A stretch of DNA of 64,000 nt from Phascolarctobacterium succinatutens. Its GTDB lineage: Bacteria; Bacillota; Negativicutes; Acidaminococcales; Acidaminococcaceae. The notes under the pieces were generated by a model, which was given only the letters and a program-made list of their open reading frames with translations, searched no databases and was not told the DNA's origin. Position 1 is the first letter of the stretch, and each line of letters starts with the position of its first letter. Made by a program: the position numbers and the translations under genes. The stretch lies in the NCBI RefSeq assembly GCF_958453765.1, contig NZ_CAUDZA010000001.1, positions 150,675 through 214,674 on the forward strand, given 5' to 3'. This document shows, piece after piece, positions 39,157-49,123 of the stretch.

Positions 39157-40275
39157 TTAGTTGCCGCGTACATACTCGCGCGGCACACGCGGGCTCACGT
39201 CGCAGATAATTTCATAGCAGATAGTATCCGCCCATTCCGCAACCAGCTCCATTGGCAGCTCACGGCCGCCAAACACGATAACCTCACTGCCCAGCTTAAC
39301 GTCCGGAATATCCGTCACGTCCAGCATCGTCTGGTCCATGCACACGCGTCCGATAATCGGCGCCTTCATGCCGTTAACCAGCATATACCCGCGGTTAGAC
39401 AAGCGGCGGCTTACGCCATCGGCATAACCGATAGGCACAGTAGCGATAACACTGGGTCTCGTCAATGTATAGGTTCTGCCATAGCCGATGGTTTCACCGG
39501 GCGGCAGTGTTTTCACAAAAGCAACCTGCGTCTTCACAGTCATAACAGGCTCAAAATCCTTGTAGCAGTCAATCATATGCGCCGGGTGCAGGCCATACAG
39601 GGTAATTCCCTGACGCACCATATCCAGCTGATATTCCTGCAGCTCCGTCAGCGCAGCACTGTTGGCGATATGACGTATAGGAATATGCACTCCCTCCGCT
39701 TCAATCAGGCGCAGCGCCTCCTGAAAGCGTTCAAACTGATAGGCAGCATACTGCTTATCATCAGCGTCGGCAGTCGCAAAGTGACTGAATACGCCCTCAA
39801 TATAAATACCGGGCAAGGACGCTGCCAGCTTGGCAAACCTGCCGGCATCACGCACATGCACACCGATACGGTGCATACCTGTATCAATCTTAATATGTAT
39901 TTTAGCCTTCGTATGCAGCTTCAAAGCCGCCGCATTCAAAGCATATAAGCGTTCTTCATCAAATACTGCATGGCTGATATCATAGCGCACGCAGATTTCC
40001 GCAACCTCCGGCAGCATTGAGCCAAGCACCAGAATTGGTGTTTCAATACCGGCCTCTCGCAGCTTCACGCCCTCCTGCAGGAGAGCTACCGCAAAAAAGT
40101 CTGCACCGTTACGCGCTGCTTCCTGCGCTACGCGCACAGCGCCATGACCATAGGCATCTGCCTTGACGACAGCACATAATTTGGTTGTCGGCTTCAGATT
40201 GGCCTTAGCCATCTGCACGTTATGTGCAACTGCATCTAAATTTATTTCTGCCCACGCACCACGTTGAATATGCAC
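39157..40275 (-). CDS. alr: alanine racemase
   Basis: 372 aa; PLP motif AVVKADAYGHG near the N-terminus. Confidence 0.92.
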   Translation of the reverse strand: MHIQRGAWAEINLDAVAHNVQMAKANLKPTTKLCAVVKADAYGHGAVRVAQEAARNGADFFAVALLQEGVKLREAGIETPILVLGSMLPEVAEICVRYDISHAVFDEERLYALNAAALKLHTKAKIHIKIDTGMHRIGVHVRDAGRFAKLAASLPGIYIEGVFSHFATADADDKQYAAYQFERFQEALRLIEAEGVHIPIRHIANSAALTELQEYQLDMVRQGITLYGLHPAHMIDCYKDFEPVMTVKTQVAFVKTLPPGETIGYGRTYTLTRPSVIATVPIGYADGVSRRLSNRGYMLVNGMKAPIIGRVCMDQTMLDVTDIPDVKLGSEVIVFGGRELPMELVAEWADTICYEIICDVSPRVPREYVRGN

Positions 40276-40432
40276 AATGGCATCCTCCTAAGCTTATCGT
40301 CCATAAAATAAGCCGCAGGCAAAGCATCGTTGCCGCGGCATCAAACTTACCCAAGAATTTTGTATAGCATACATTCATATTTTACAAAACTCTAATATTA
40401 GCATATAACCAACAAGGGATTTTGTCAACATT

Positions 40433-40576
40433 TTATTTTTTTATCGAGGTACAGTTTTTAGCATGCGGACAGCCGGAACAGCCGTTGCACCCGCCGCGAT
40501 ACTTTTTACCAAAATAACTGCGCACTGCCAAAATCACCAATATTGTTAACAAACCCGCAATAATATATGTTGCCAT
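40433..40576 (-). CDS. small Cys-rich membrane peptide (47 aa; FeoB-associated Cys-rich membrane protein type)
   Basis: Not in the ORF track (under 60 aa). MATYIIAGLLTILVILAVRSYFGKKYRGGCNGCSGCPHAKNCTSIKK has one TM helix followed by a GGCxGCxGC Cys cluster, which is the hallmark of that family. Confidence 0.5.
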   Translation of the reverse strand: MATYIIAGLLTILVILAVRSYFGKKYRGGCNGCSGCPHAKNCTSIKK

Positions 40577-40839
40577 CAGTCTGCCTCACTTTACAATTAT
40601 CATCATTCACCATATTAACCAAGAATTCTAGCTATAGTGTAAATCAAAACAATACTTTTGACAAATGAATTCTTTGTGAAAGAGTGACACGAAAAATTTT
40701 TCTGAGAGGAACAATATACTGCTTGCAACATTTTATTTAACTCACCGTATATTCCTATAGCAAAAGCGTTTTCCCTATTGCTAAAATCACGGTGGTATAC
40801 TACAATAAGTCTAAATTAAAACAGAAAGCAGGGTTCACT

Positions 40840-41478
40840 ATGCAATTACCGGAAAAAAAATATATTGCCTCCTTTGATATTGACGCACAAAACACCTTCA
40901 CCCCGGTCTGCCCCGATGAGCTGCCGGTTGCCGAAGGCGACACCATCGCTCCCGAGCTGAACGCCCAGGCACAGTTCGCCATCCTGCGCCTCGCTTCCCG
41001 CGACGCGCACAGCCGTTGCGCGCTCTGGATCAGCGACGCCGAGCACGCTCCGCTCACTCCCATCAGCGGCTATCCTGATCTTGATATCCGTTGGCCGGCA
41101 CATGCCATTATCGGCACCAAAGGCTTTGACTTTATCGACGGCCTTGATGAAGCTGCCTATGATTATCAGGTATTCAAAGGCATTGAAGCAGATAAGCATC
41201 CCTACGGTGCCTGCTACCATGACTTGAAGGACACTCTTTCCACCGGTGCCATCGAATATCTGCGTTGCCACGGTATCACCACCGTTATCTGCGGCGGTCT
41301 GGCAACCGATTACTGTGTAAAAAACACTGTACTGCAGCTGAAGGCTGCAGGCTTCGACGTTATCCTGAACAAGGCTGCCTGCCGCGGCATTGCTCCCGAA
41401 ACCATCGCAAGCGCTATGCAGGAAATGGCTGCTGCCGGAGTAAAATTCGTAGAGTGCGCCAAGGAATTAGCTGAATAA
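40840..41478 (+). CDS. isochorismatase-family cysteine hydrolase (nicotinamidase-like)
   Basis: About 212 aa from MQLPEKKYIASFDIDAQNTF...; catalytic Cys in the ICGGLATDYCV context. Confidence 0.75.
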   Translation: MQLPEKKYIASFDIDAQNTFTPVCPDELPVAEGDTIAPELNAQAQFAILRLASRDAHSRCALWISDAEHAPLTPISGYPDLDIRWPAHAIIGTKGFDFIDGLDEAAYDYQVFKGIEADKHPYGACYHDLKDTLSTGAIEYLRCHGITTVICGGLATDYCVKNTVLQLKAAGFDVILNKAACRGIAPETIASAMQEMAAAGVKFVECAKELAE

Positions 41479-41538
41479 GACTATTACTGAAAAATGCTGC
41501 AGGCTTTGCGCCCGCAGCATTTTTGTTGTACTGTACTA

Positions 41539-42765
41539 CTATTCAATTTCACGCAATGCGTGTGAGCGTCCTGTCAGTGAACGTGCGCCCTTTTCCGTAA
41601 CCACATAGGTATTTTCCGTACCTACCAAGCCTAAACCCGGCAAAGCAATTTTAGGCTCTACGGCAAAGGTCATACCGAGCTCTAGCGGCTGCTTAAAGCC
41701 CTTTGCTATAGCCGGCGCTTCATCCATCACCAGACCAATGCTGTGACCCAGGAATTTACCGCCGTTCATAAACGCATCACCGTAAACATTCTCGAACTTT
41801 TCCATAGTGCGCAGATACAGGTTTTCAATCGGCTCACCCGGAACCATCATGGATACTACCTCCTGCTCCAGCTCCAGGCAGCGCTGCTGTGCCGCCAACA
41901 GTCTTGCGCATTGCTCGTCCTTTTGCAGACTGCCGAAATAATATACAACCGTCTTATCTGTATGATAGCCGTCAAAACCGCAGGGAACATCAAGATAAAC
42001 CAATCGACCGGACTTCAGCTTGCGGAAGGCATTGCCTATGGATTGCACTGCTATACAGGTGCCGCCGGTACCGCCGGGGCCGTCAAAGCCGGTGCGTACT
42101 AAACCGCTCTTGCCAAAGGAAGCAATACCTATAACCTCCTCGCCCAAGGCCTGGTTAAAGCGCGCTGTTCCGTGCGAGCCGCGCTGCACCATCTCGCTGT
42201 AAAGCTCGATAGCAAGCTGAGCCTCGCTGATACCCGCATGAATCAGCTTCGGTGCAATAACATCCAGCACTGTTTCGTGAATAGCGCCGGAGTGTTCCAT
42301 CTGCTGCAGCTCATAAGCACTCTTGCGCAGACGCAGCTCCTGCAGTACCGCATCAAAGGAGCCAACCTCTTCGAAGGCAAAATACTTATGCAGCATACGC
42401 TCCCAGTCCAAGGTAGCCTTCTTCGTTTCTACATACATAATGCGCGGCGCACTGCCATAATAGGCAGCAGCCTCACGAAAGCTGTGCATCGGACGGATAT
42501 CGCTGAAATGCGATTCGTTTACTGCGCGCTCATAATTGCGGTGCACCCAGAAAACAGCATCCTGCGGACGAATCAGCAGTACACCATCCTGCATCGTACC
42601 CGTGAAATAATACATTGCAACCTTATGATTGACTGCAGCCATCTCCCAACCGGGATGCATTTCATCCATCAGGCGGCGAAACTTCTCCAGACGCGCCTCC
42701 AGCTCACTCGCAGGCACCGGGCGAATAGCATCAGTCAATACAGCAGTCTGCTCCAAAACAGCCAT
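41539..42765 (-). CDS. M24-family Xaa-Pro aminopeptidase/dipeptidase
   Basis: 408 aa with creatinase N-terminal and pita-bread C-terminal domains (HSIGLVMDE motif). Confidence 0.8.
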   Translation of the reverse strand: MAVLEQTAVLTDAIRPVPASELEARLEKFRRLMDEMHPGWEMAAVNHKVAMYYFTGTMQDGVLLIRPQDAVFWVHRNYERAVNESHFSDIRPMHSFREAAAYYGSAPRIMYVETKKATLDWERMLHKYFAFEEVGSFDAVLQELRLRKSAYELQQMEHSGAIHETVLDVIAPKLIHAGISEAQLAIELYSEMVQRGSHGTARFNQALGEEVIGIASFGKSGLVRTGFDGPGGTGGTCIAVQSIGNAFRKLKSGRLVYLDVPCGFDGYHTDKTVVYYFGSLQKDEQCARLLAAQQRCLELEQEVVSMMVPGEPIENLYLRTMEKFENVYGDAFMNGGKFLGHSIGLVMDEAPAIAKGFKQPLELGMTFAVEPKIALPGLGLVGTENTYVVTEKGARSLTGRSHALREIE

Positions 42766-42808
42766 AGCAATACTCCTTTCATTATCAAGACAAAATATTT
42801 ATCCGTTA

Positions 42809-43618
42809 TTAACCAAGATATTGCAGAATTTCCTTAGCATGCGGTAAAATAATATCCGGCTTAATAGAACCGTTTTCCACATCTTCCATGGTTGCTTCAC
42901 CTGTCAGCACCATCACAGAAAGAATGTCATTGTTTAGGCCAAAGGCAATATCAGTTGCCAGGCGGTCACCCACCATAGCAATTTCCTCTTTTTTATAACC
43001 GGTTTTGTCCAAAACCACATCCACCATATACTTGTAAGGCTTGCCGAAAATCAGCTGTGGCTTTTTGCCGGTAGCAGTTTTAATCAGCTCCAGCATTGCA
43101 CCGGTATCAGGAATGAATTCGCCGCCTTCAATCGGGCAGCGCACATCAGGATGCGTAGCAACGTACGGCACACCCTTGTCAATCAGGCGGCAGGCGGTAG
43201 TAAGGCGGTCATAGGTAAGTGTTTGGTCAAAGCCGACAACTACATAATCAGCGCCCTCCTCTAATGTATTTGTCAGCGTAAAGCCTGCTTTCTCAATTGT
43301 TGCCAACAGCTGCGGCGTTCCCAGCACAAACAGCTTCGCACCGGGTTTGTTCTTCTGCATCCAGTTGGTCAACGCATCTGATGAAATCAAGATATTCTCA
43401 CGTGTAACAGGTACGCCCAGTCCGTTCATCTTCTGCACATAATGCTCGTGGCTACGGGAAGAATTATTTGTCAGCAGATAATATTCCTTGCCTGCTGCCT
43501 TCAATTTATCAAAAAAGCCCTCCATACCCGGAATCAGTTCGTTACCCAGGTTAATGGTTCCGTCCATATCAAAAAGAAAACACTTAATTTTCGCTAAGCG
43601 AGCGTAATCATAAGTCAT
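42809..43618 (-). CDS. HAD-IIA family phosphatase (NagD-like)
   Basis: 269 aa; DMDGT motif I and HAD-IIA architecture. Confidence 0.8.
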   Translation of the reverse strand: MTYDYARLAKIKCFLFDMDGTINLGNELIPGMEGFFDKLKAAGKEYYLLTNNSSRSHEHYVQKMNGLGVPVTRENILISSDALTNWMQKNKPGAKLFVLGTPQLLATIEKAGFTLTNTLEEGADYVVVGFDQTLTYDRLTTACRLIDKGVPYVATHPDVRCPIEGGEFIPDTGAMLELIKTATGKKPQLIFGKPYKYMVDVVLDKTGYKKEEIAMVGDRLATDIAFGLNNDILSVMVLTGEATMEDVENGSIKPDIILPHAKEILQYLG

Positions 43619-43722
43619 GCTCTATCCTCCATACTTAAAATATAACAATATTATAAAGCATTTGCCTTATTTGTGCTACAATAGACGAGGAAGAAAATCT
43701 GAAGTTCAAAAGGAGATTAATC

Positions 43723-44370
43723 ATGAAATATACAACCATTATTTTTGATCTTGACGGTACCTTACTCAACACATTGGCAGATTTGGCTGCCGCTACCAAC
43801 CATGCTTTAGCAGAGCACAAGCTGCCTCAACGCACCACAGACGAAGTACGCCTGTTTGTCGGCAACGGCATTCACAAGCTGATTGAGCGTGCGGTACCGG
43901 CTGACACGCCTGCAGAACTGCAGGAGGAAGTCTTTGCAAGCTTCAACAAATACTACAAGCAGCACTGTGCCGACAGCACCCGCCCCTACGAAGGTGTACC
44001 GCAGCTTTTGCAGCAGCTGCATGCTGCAGGCTGCCGTACAGCCATTGTTTCCAACAAAGCGGATTACGGCGTACAGGCGCTGGCTAAGCAATACTTTGAC
44101 GGACAGCTCGACGCTGCCTGCGGCGAGCGCGCCGGTATAGCCAAAAAGCCTGCGCCAGATATGCTGTTGGCAATCATGCAGCAATTAAAGGCTGAGCCCG
44201 CAAGCACTATCTATATCGGTGATTCGGATACCGACCTCGACACCGCCCGCAATGCAGGCGTTGCCTGCATCGGTGCATGCTGGGGCTTCCGAGGACGCGC
44301 CTTTTTGGAAGCACACGGCGCTAAGCTGCTGGCTGAAAATGTGGGCGATATTTGGGAGATTATAAAGTAA
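43723..44370 (+). CDS. HAD-IA family hydrolase (phosphoglycolate phosphatase-like)
   Basis: 215 aa; FDLDGTL motif I ... GDSDTD motif IV. Confidence 0.8.
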   Translation: MKYTTIIFDLDGTLLNTLADLAAATNHALAEHKLPQRTTDEVRLFVGNGIHKLIERAVPADTPAELQEEVFASFNKYYKQHCADSTRPYEGVPQLLQQLHAAGCRTAIVSNKADYGVQALAKQYFDGQLDAACGERAGIAKKPAPDMLLAIMQQLKAEPASTIYIGDSDTDLDTARNAGVACIGACWGFRGRAFLEAHGAKLLAENVGDIWEIIK

Positions 44371-44412
44371 AAGAGACTGCCTTATGGCAGTCCCTTTTAC
44401 TTTATAACTATA

Positions 44413-45339
44413 TTAAGCTAAGCAATCGTCCATAAATTTAATCAGACCGGCTTCAACTTCATCACGCAAGCAAAGCTCATTGTGAATTTCGTGACGGAAA
44501 CCAGGATACGGCTTTACGGAAACCTTATGTCCTGTTTTGGCAAGCAGATTTGCTACATGATACAAGCCCTCACCGTAATTACCGCAAGGATCCTGGTCAC
44601 CGGCAATCAGATAGCTGGGAATATTTTGCGGCACCTTGGCAGCCCACTCATCATTTTCAATATAATGATATAACTGCACGAAATCATAGCACAGCTCCAG
44701 CGTAGTATCGAAGGTATTGAACATATCGCCTGCATGATCCTCAACAATGCGCGGATCTGTTGCAATCCAGTCTGCCGGACTGTTGGGATTTTCCACTCTG
44801 TCCGTCATGCCGCAGAAAACACGCTCAAACCAAACGCCGCATGGCTGATACGGATCTGCCTCATAAGCAGCCTTGAATTCTGCATTAACATAGGCATCCT
44901 CACAGCCCTGCCACTGCGAGCAGACACCGCACAGCATCATACCTTTGATATCCTCACCGTAGATTGACGCATAAGCACGCGCCAGCATAGAACCCCAGCT
45001 ATGGCCGAAAACGAAATACGGCAGCTCAGGATAAGCCTCTTTAGCAATATCATGCAAAGCCTTTTCATCCTTCAGATAGGTCATATAGCCGCCGGAATGC
45101 GGGTCTCCCAAGGTGCCTCCGTCATAGCCGGTTTTACCGTGACCGAGATGGTCATCAGCAAAAACTACAAAGCCTGCTTCATTGAACTTGCTGATCATAT
45201 GCAGATAGCGGCGTGAATGCTCACCGTAGCCGTGAATCAGCTGTACAATAGCTTTCGGTTTGCCTAAAGGACTGTAGGACCAGGCCTTGATGGTATCTCT
45301 GCCGTTGGCAGAAGGGAAGGAAATTTCTCTGATGGACAT
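44413..45339 (-). CDS. alpha/beta hydrolase (lysophospholipase/monoacylglycerol lipase-like)
   Basis: 308 aa; nucleophile elbow GHSWGS and an HGxGEH-type N-terminal motif. Confidence 0.8.
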   Translation of the reverse strand: MSIREISFPSANGRDTIKAWSYSPLGKPKAIVQLIHGYGEHSRRYLHMISKFNEAGFVVFADDHLGHGKTGYDGGTLGDPHSGGYMTYLKDEKALHDIAKEAYPELPYFVFGHSWGSMLARAYASIYGEDIKGMMLCGVCSQWQGCEDAYVNAEFKAAYEADPYQPCGVWFERVFCGMTDRVENPNSPADWIATDPRIVEDHAGDMFNTFDTTLELCYDFVQLYHYIENDEWAAKVPQNIPSYLIAGDQDPCGNYGEGLYHVANLLAKTGHKVSVKPYPGFRHEIHNELCLRDEVEAGLIKFMDDCLA

Positions 45340-45610
45340 AATGCGGACCTCCTCGCCTGTAATTATTTATAATATTAAGATAATGATAACACCTGCATTT
45401 CCTGCTGTAAAGCAATAATAGCGCTCCAAAGAATGTTTTACGTATTTTTTACACTAAATCCATCTCTGCATATCTCTCATAATTTCTGACCAAGGCATAC
45501 AAAAACCACTACAACAAATTTGTCATAGTGGCTTGCAAAATCTATTTTTAATTTTAACGGTCAGCTTAGCACTGAACTGTTTTACCGCTTATATTGATAT
45601 ACCGCAGTCT

Positions 45611-46549
45611 TTATTTATTTTTCAGCACATAGAACGGATCGATATTCTGTCCGTCAGCCAACACCTCATAATGAATATGCGGACCTGTACTGTAGCCTGT
45701 ACTGCCTACAAAGCCGATAATCTCACCCTTGATAACCTTCTGCCCTGCAGCAACGGCAATGCCGCTCATGTGGCCATAGGCTGTTTCGTAGCCATTGCCA
45801 TGATTTATACGCACATAGCGTCCATAGCCGCCGTTCCAGCCTGCCTGTTCAATCGTACCGGCAGCCGTAGCATAAACCGGTGCGCCAAAGTCAACCGCTA
45901 TATCCAGACCGGGATGCCAGTCATAACCGCCCTCAATCGGACCAGTACGCACACCGTAATTACTGCTGATAGTGCCACCGTCTGTAGGCCATTTATCCGG
46001 GAAGGACGCCATGCCGCCACCGGAGCCTTCAACCTCACTTAAGAGCTCGCTGACAGATTTTTTGGTACTATCAAGCATCTTTTTGATATTGGCATTTTGC
46101 GCAGTCAGCACTGCCATAGTCCCAGTGATATCCATTTTAGCAGGCCCGCCCTTGCCCGTATAGGATGTATTCGCAGAACTTTCCTTTGCCGTTGTTGAAT
46201 CCACCATACTCGTGCCTTCACCCAGCTTGCTGCTGTCTACATCACGGATAACGGCACGGCGCAGTTTTTTCTCCAGATTAGAGATTTCCGCCATGTCACG
46301 CAGCATTCTTTCGTTATCCTGCAACAGCTTCTGCAGCTTTGTCTGCTGCTCAGCCTTATTTTGCTTATAAGCAGCATAATCAGTTGCTTCACTGCGATAA
46401 TCCGCCAGCTGATGATATAAATAGCCGGCTCCGCCGACTGCTCCTACAAGCACCAGGGCAGTAACAGCAATGCCTGCCTTGAGCTTAGCATACGAAAACT
46501 TTACTACCTTGCCATTAGGCAAGCGCAGCTCACATTTCCTTTCCTCCAT
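45611..46549 (-). CDS. M23-family peptidase with an N-terminal coiled coil (EnvC-like murein hydrolase activator)
   Basis: LytM-domain motifs HPGLDIA...GxxxHxHYEV at the C-terminus; start taken at the ATG (MEERK...) with RBS, the track's TTG extension is rejected. Confidence 0.75.
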   Translation of the reverse strand: MEERKCELRLPNGKVVKFSYAKLKAGIAVTALVLVGAVGGAGYLYHQLADYRSEATDYAAYKQNKAEQQTKLQKLLQDNERMLRDMAEISNLEKKLRRAVIRDVDSSKLGEGTSMVDSTTAKESSANTSYTGKGGPAKMDITGTMAVLTAQNANIKKMLDSTKKSVSELLSEVEGSGGGMASFPDKWPTDGGTISSNYGVRTGPIEGGYDWHPGLDIAVDFGAPVYATAAGTIEQAGWNGGYGRYVRINHGNGYETAYGHMSGIAVAAGQKVIKGEIIGFVGSTGYSTGPHIHYEVLADGQNIDPFYVLKNK

Positions 46550-46562
46550 TATTTTAATTACC

Positions 46563-48173
46563 TCACTTGAAAAGACCAAAGCGTTGGCCTACTGCCAACA
46601 ATCTGCGTCCCACAAAGGGCACGTTGTCCAAATCCTCTTTATTCAGACCACCGCAAGCCAGCAGCGCCAATGCATAGACAGGAACAGATGCCGCCATAGC
46701 AAACAGCACACACCACATACCCATGCTTTCCGTAAGCATCAGCACGCCGTAAATCGCCGCGCCCATAACACCGGAAGCAAAGCAGGGACGGATAATGCTG
46801 CCCACAGAGAAGCTATAGCCTGTCAGCTTGTAAATAAAGCCCATATTGATAATCGCTGCCACGGCAAAATCTGCTACCGTCGCCATCGACGCACCACGGA
46901 TGCCCAGCTCCGGCACCGCAGTAAGATACCAGCTCATAACGATTTTTACAATGCAGGCAATAATCATATTGATTACAGGGATTGCCGTGCGGCCAAGGCC
47001 TTGCAGAATACCTGTACTGATCTGATGCATACCTAAAAACAGAATACCGATGCTCATTGTCTGAATCGCAGGCGCCGCACCGGGAGCGTTATACACAAGC
47101 GCCGCAACCTTTTCTGCCAGACAATAGAGGCCCATAAAGCACGGGAAGGTGATAATCATTGCCACACGGAAGGCAATGCGGATTTTATCGCGAATCGCTT
47201 CAAAGCTGCTCAGCGCACGCGATTCGGAAATAGACGGCACCAAGCTGATAGTCATTGCCGCCGTAAAAATTGTTGCCAGATTAACCAACGGTACAGCCAT
47301 ACCTGTCAGATAACCGAACAGCTCGGTCGCATGATGAATATTAAAACCGGCTGCTTCCAGACGCTGCGGCACAATCAAAAGGTCCAGATTTGCACCTATC
47401 GGCAGCATCAGACTGGTCAGCGAAACAGGCAGAGCCAGCTTCAGCAGACGCTTGATGATATGTCCGGCACTTTCTACCGGCGCACTGTCATCCTGCTCTG
47501 CCATTTCCTTTTGCAGACGCTGCTTAAGACGGCGATAGAACCACATCAGCACCAAAAGTGCGCAGAACGCACCTACGCCGGCGCCCATGCTGGCACCGCC
47601 TGCAGCGAACGCCAAACCGTACGGCATAAAGAGGTCGGCAAAAACGAGCATGGTAATAACACGCGTCAGCTGCTCAACAATCTCACTGACCGCCGTCGGC
47701 GTCATAATCTGCCAGCCCTGCAGATAACCACGGAAGCTGGCCAGAAAGGTTACGAAGAAAACCGCAGGCGCCAGAGCGATAATAGAATAATACGCACGGC
47801 TGTCGCGGATGATATGGTTATTAACCAGCCAGTCCGCACCAAAAAACAGTGAGGACGAAAACAAAAGGCCCGTCAACAGCAGCACTCGCAGCGAAACATT
47901 AAAGACTCGCTTGGCTCCGCGATAATCCTTATTCGCCAGCTTTTCGGAGGTAATAATAGATATTGCCACCGGTACGCCGGCACTTGATACGGTTATTGCC
48001 ATCAGATAGATTGGAAAGCCCATCTGATACAGACCGATACCTTCGCCACCCAATACACGTGATAAAATAATCCAGTTCAGAGAACCGATAACCTTGACCA
48101 CAATACTGGAGGCCGTAAGGATTAAGGTTCCCTTTAAAAATTTGCTATTCGAAGCTTTAGAATCTGCGCTCAT
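46563..48173 (-). CDS. MOP-superfamily polysaccharide/lipid-II flippase (MurJ/SpoVB/Wzx-like)
   Basis: 536 aa with about 14 predicted TM segments; N-terminus characteristic of polysaccharide-biosynthesis/MurJ family proteins. Confidence 0.75.
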   Translation of the reverse strand: MSADSKASNSKFLKGTLILTASSIVVKVIGSLNWIILSRVLGGEGIGLYQMGFPIYLMAITVSSAGVPVAISIITSEKLANKDYRGAKRVFNVSLRVLLLTGLLFSSSLFFGADWLVNNHIIRDSRAYYSIIALAPAVFFVTFLASFRGYLQGWQIMTPTAVSEIVEQLTRVITMLVFADLFMPYGLAFAAGGASMGAGVGAFCALLVLMWFYRRLKQRLQKEMAEQDDSAPVESAGHIIKRLLKLALPVSLTSLMLPIGANLDLLIVPQRLEAAGFNIHHATELFGYLTGMAVPLVNLATIFTAAMTISLVPSISESRALSSFEAIRDKIRIAFRVAMIITFPCFMGLYCLAEKVAALVYNAPGAAPAIQTMSIGILFLGMHQISTGILQGLGRTAIPVINMIIACIVKIVMSWYLTAVPELGIRGASMATVADFAVAAIINMGFIYKLTGYSFSVGSIIRPCFASGVMGAAIYGVLMLTESMGMWCVLFAMAASVPVYALALLACGGLNKEDLDNVPFVGRRLLAVGQRFGLFK

Positions 48174-48350
48174 AAAATCCCCTTGTTTATAGATAGATAT
48201 ACATTATAATTATCCTCTTTTCCGCGTGATTTTACAAGTACTTTTAACACATTTGTCATAAACACATCACTGCTTTTTGCTTGCATAACTGTCTTTATAT
48301 GCTAAAATTAAGTTAAGATCAAAATTATGTTGTAAAAGGAGCGATGCAAA

Positions 48351-48962
48351 ATGAAATCCACACATGCTTTATTAGCTTTCGGTGCAGCAATCTGCCTTGC
48401 AACCACCTGCAGCCTGAGCGCCTATGCTTCTCCGCTGAAGAATTATGACGCAGGCAAGGTTGCTATTGATGCAGGCATTACTCTGCCATCCAGTCTTAAA
48501 GGTGACAACTATAAATTCAGCAAATCCAACAGCACCTATCTTGGCGCAACTGTCGGCATCGGCCAAAAAACTGCTTTAAACTACAAATGGAATAATTACA
48601 AAGCAGACGAAGCCAAAACCCGCGCCCAACAATTCAATATTATGTATAAAGTTCTGCCTGGTATTTCCGCTTACGCAGGTTATCTGAACGCTGATACCTC
48701 CGGTGACTTTGGCGGTAAAACCAAAAACTCCGGTCAAATCGGTCTGCAGGCTGCCTATGATATTCCCGCACTCTTCACTGTTTGGGGAAATGTTGGCTAC
48801 GGCAACAGAAACAGCGGCTATGAAATCGGCATCAGCAAACCTATTCTGAACAACCTGGAAGTTAACGCTTCTTACTACAATCAGACATTTGATGATGCTT
48901 TTGGCGAAGACCTCGACATGAAGGCTAAAGGCGTTAATCTGGGCTTAACTCTCAAATTTTAA
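48351..48962 (+). CDS. small beta-barrel outer-membrane protein (porin/OmpW-like family)
   Basis: 203 aa; signal peptide (MKSTHALLAFGAAICLA); alternating amphipathic beta-strand pattern; terminal ...LGLTLKF with the C-terminal Phe typical of BAM substrates. Confidence 0.65.
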   Translation: MKSTHALLAFGAAICLATTCSLSAYASPLKNYDAGKVAIDAGITLPSSLKGDNYKFSKSNSTYLGATVGIGQKTALNYKWNNYKADEAKTRAQQFNIMYKVLPGISAYAGYLNADTSGDFGGKTKNSGQIGLQAAYDIPALFTVWGNVGYGNRNSGYEIGISKPILNNLEVNASYYNQTFDDAFGEDLDMKAKGVNLGLTLKF

Positions 48963-49014
48963 TTTGTCAGCTACAGCTAACTAAATTAAAACGAAAACTA
49001 ACGGATAATTATTA

Positions 49015-49069
49015 TTGACAACTCTTGCAGCTTGTGTTATTATATAAGTGTCAAGGGCACACAAGCTGT
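49015..49069 (+). promoter_or_regulatory. promoter of the reverse-rubrerythrin gene with an overlapping palindromic operator
   Basis: TTGACA - 17 nt - TATTAT; a perfect 10-bp inverted repeat cagcttgtgt (49028-49037) / acacaagctg (49060-69) brackets the -10 element. Confidence 0.5.
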
Positions 49070-49123
49070 GCAAATCAAAAATAAAATTAAGCAATGCAAT
49101 ATAAAAACATGGAGGGAACTAAT

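Noticed and set aside
46563-46579. 17-nt overlap between the MOP flippase stop and the track's TTG-initiated start of the M23 peptidase
   Set aside because: The downstream ATG at 46549 (MEERK...) has a better RBS (GTGAGGT) and removes the overlap, so I used that start.
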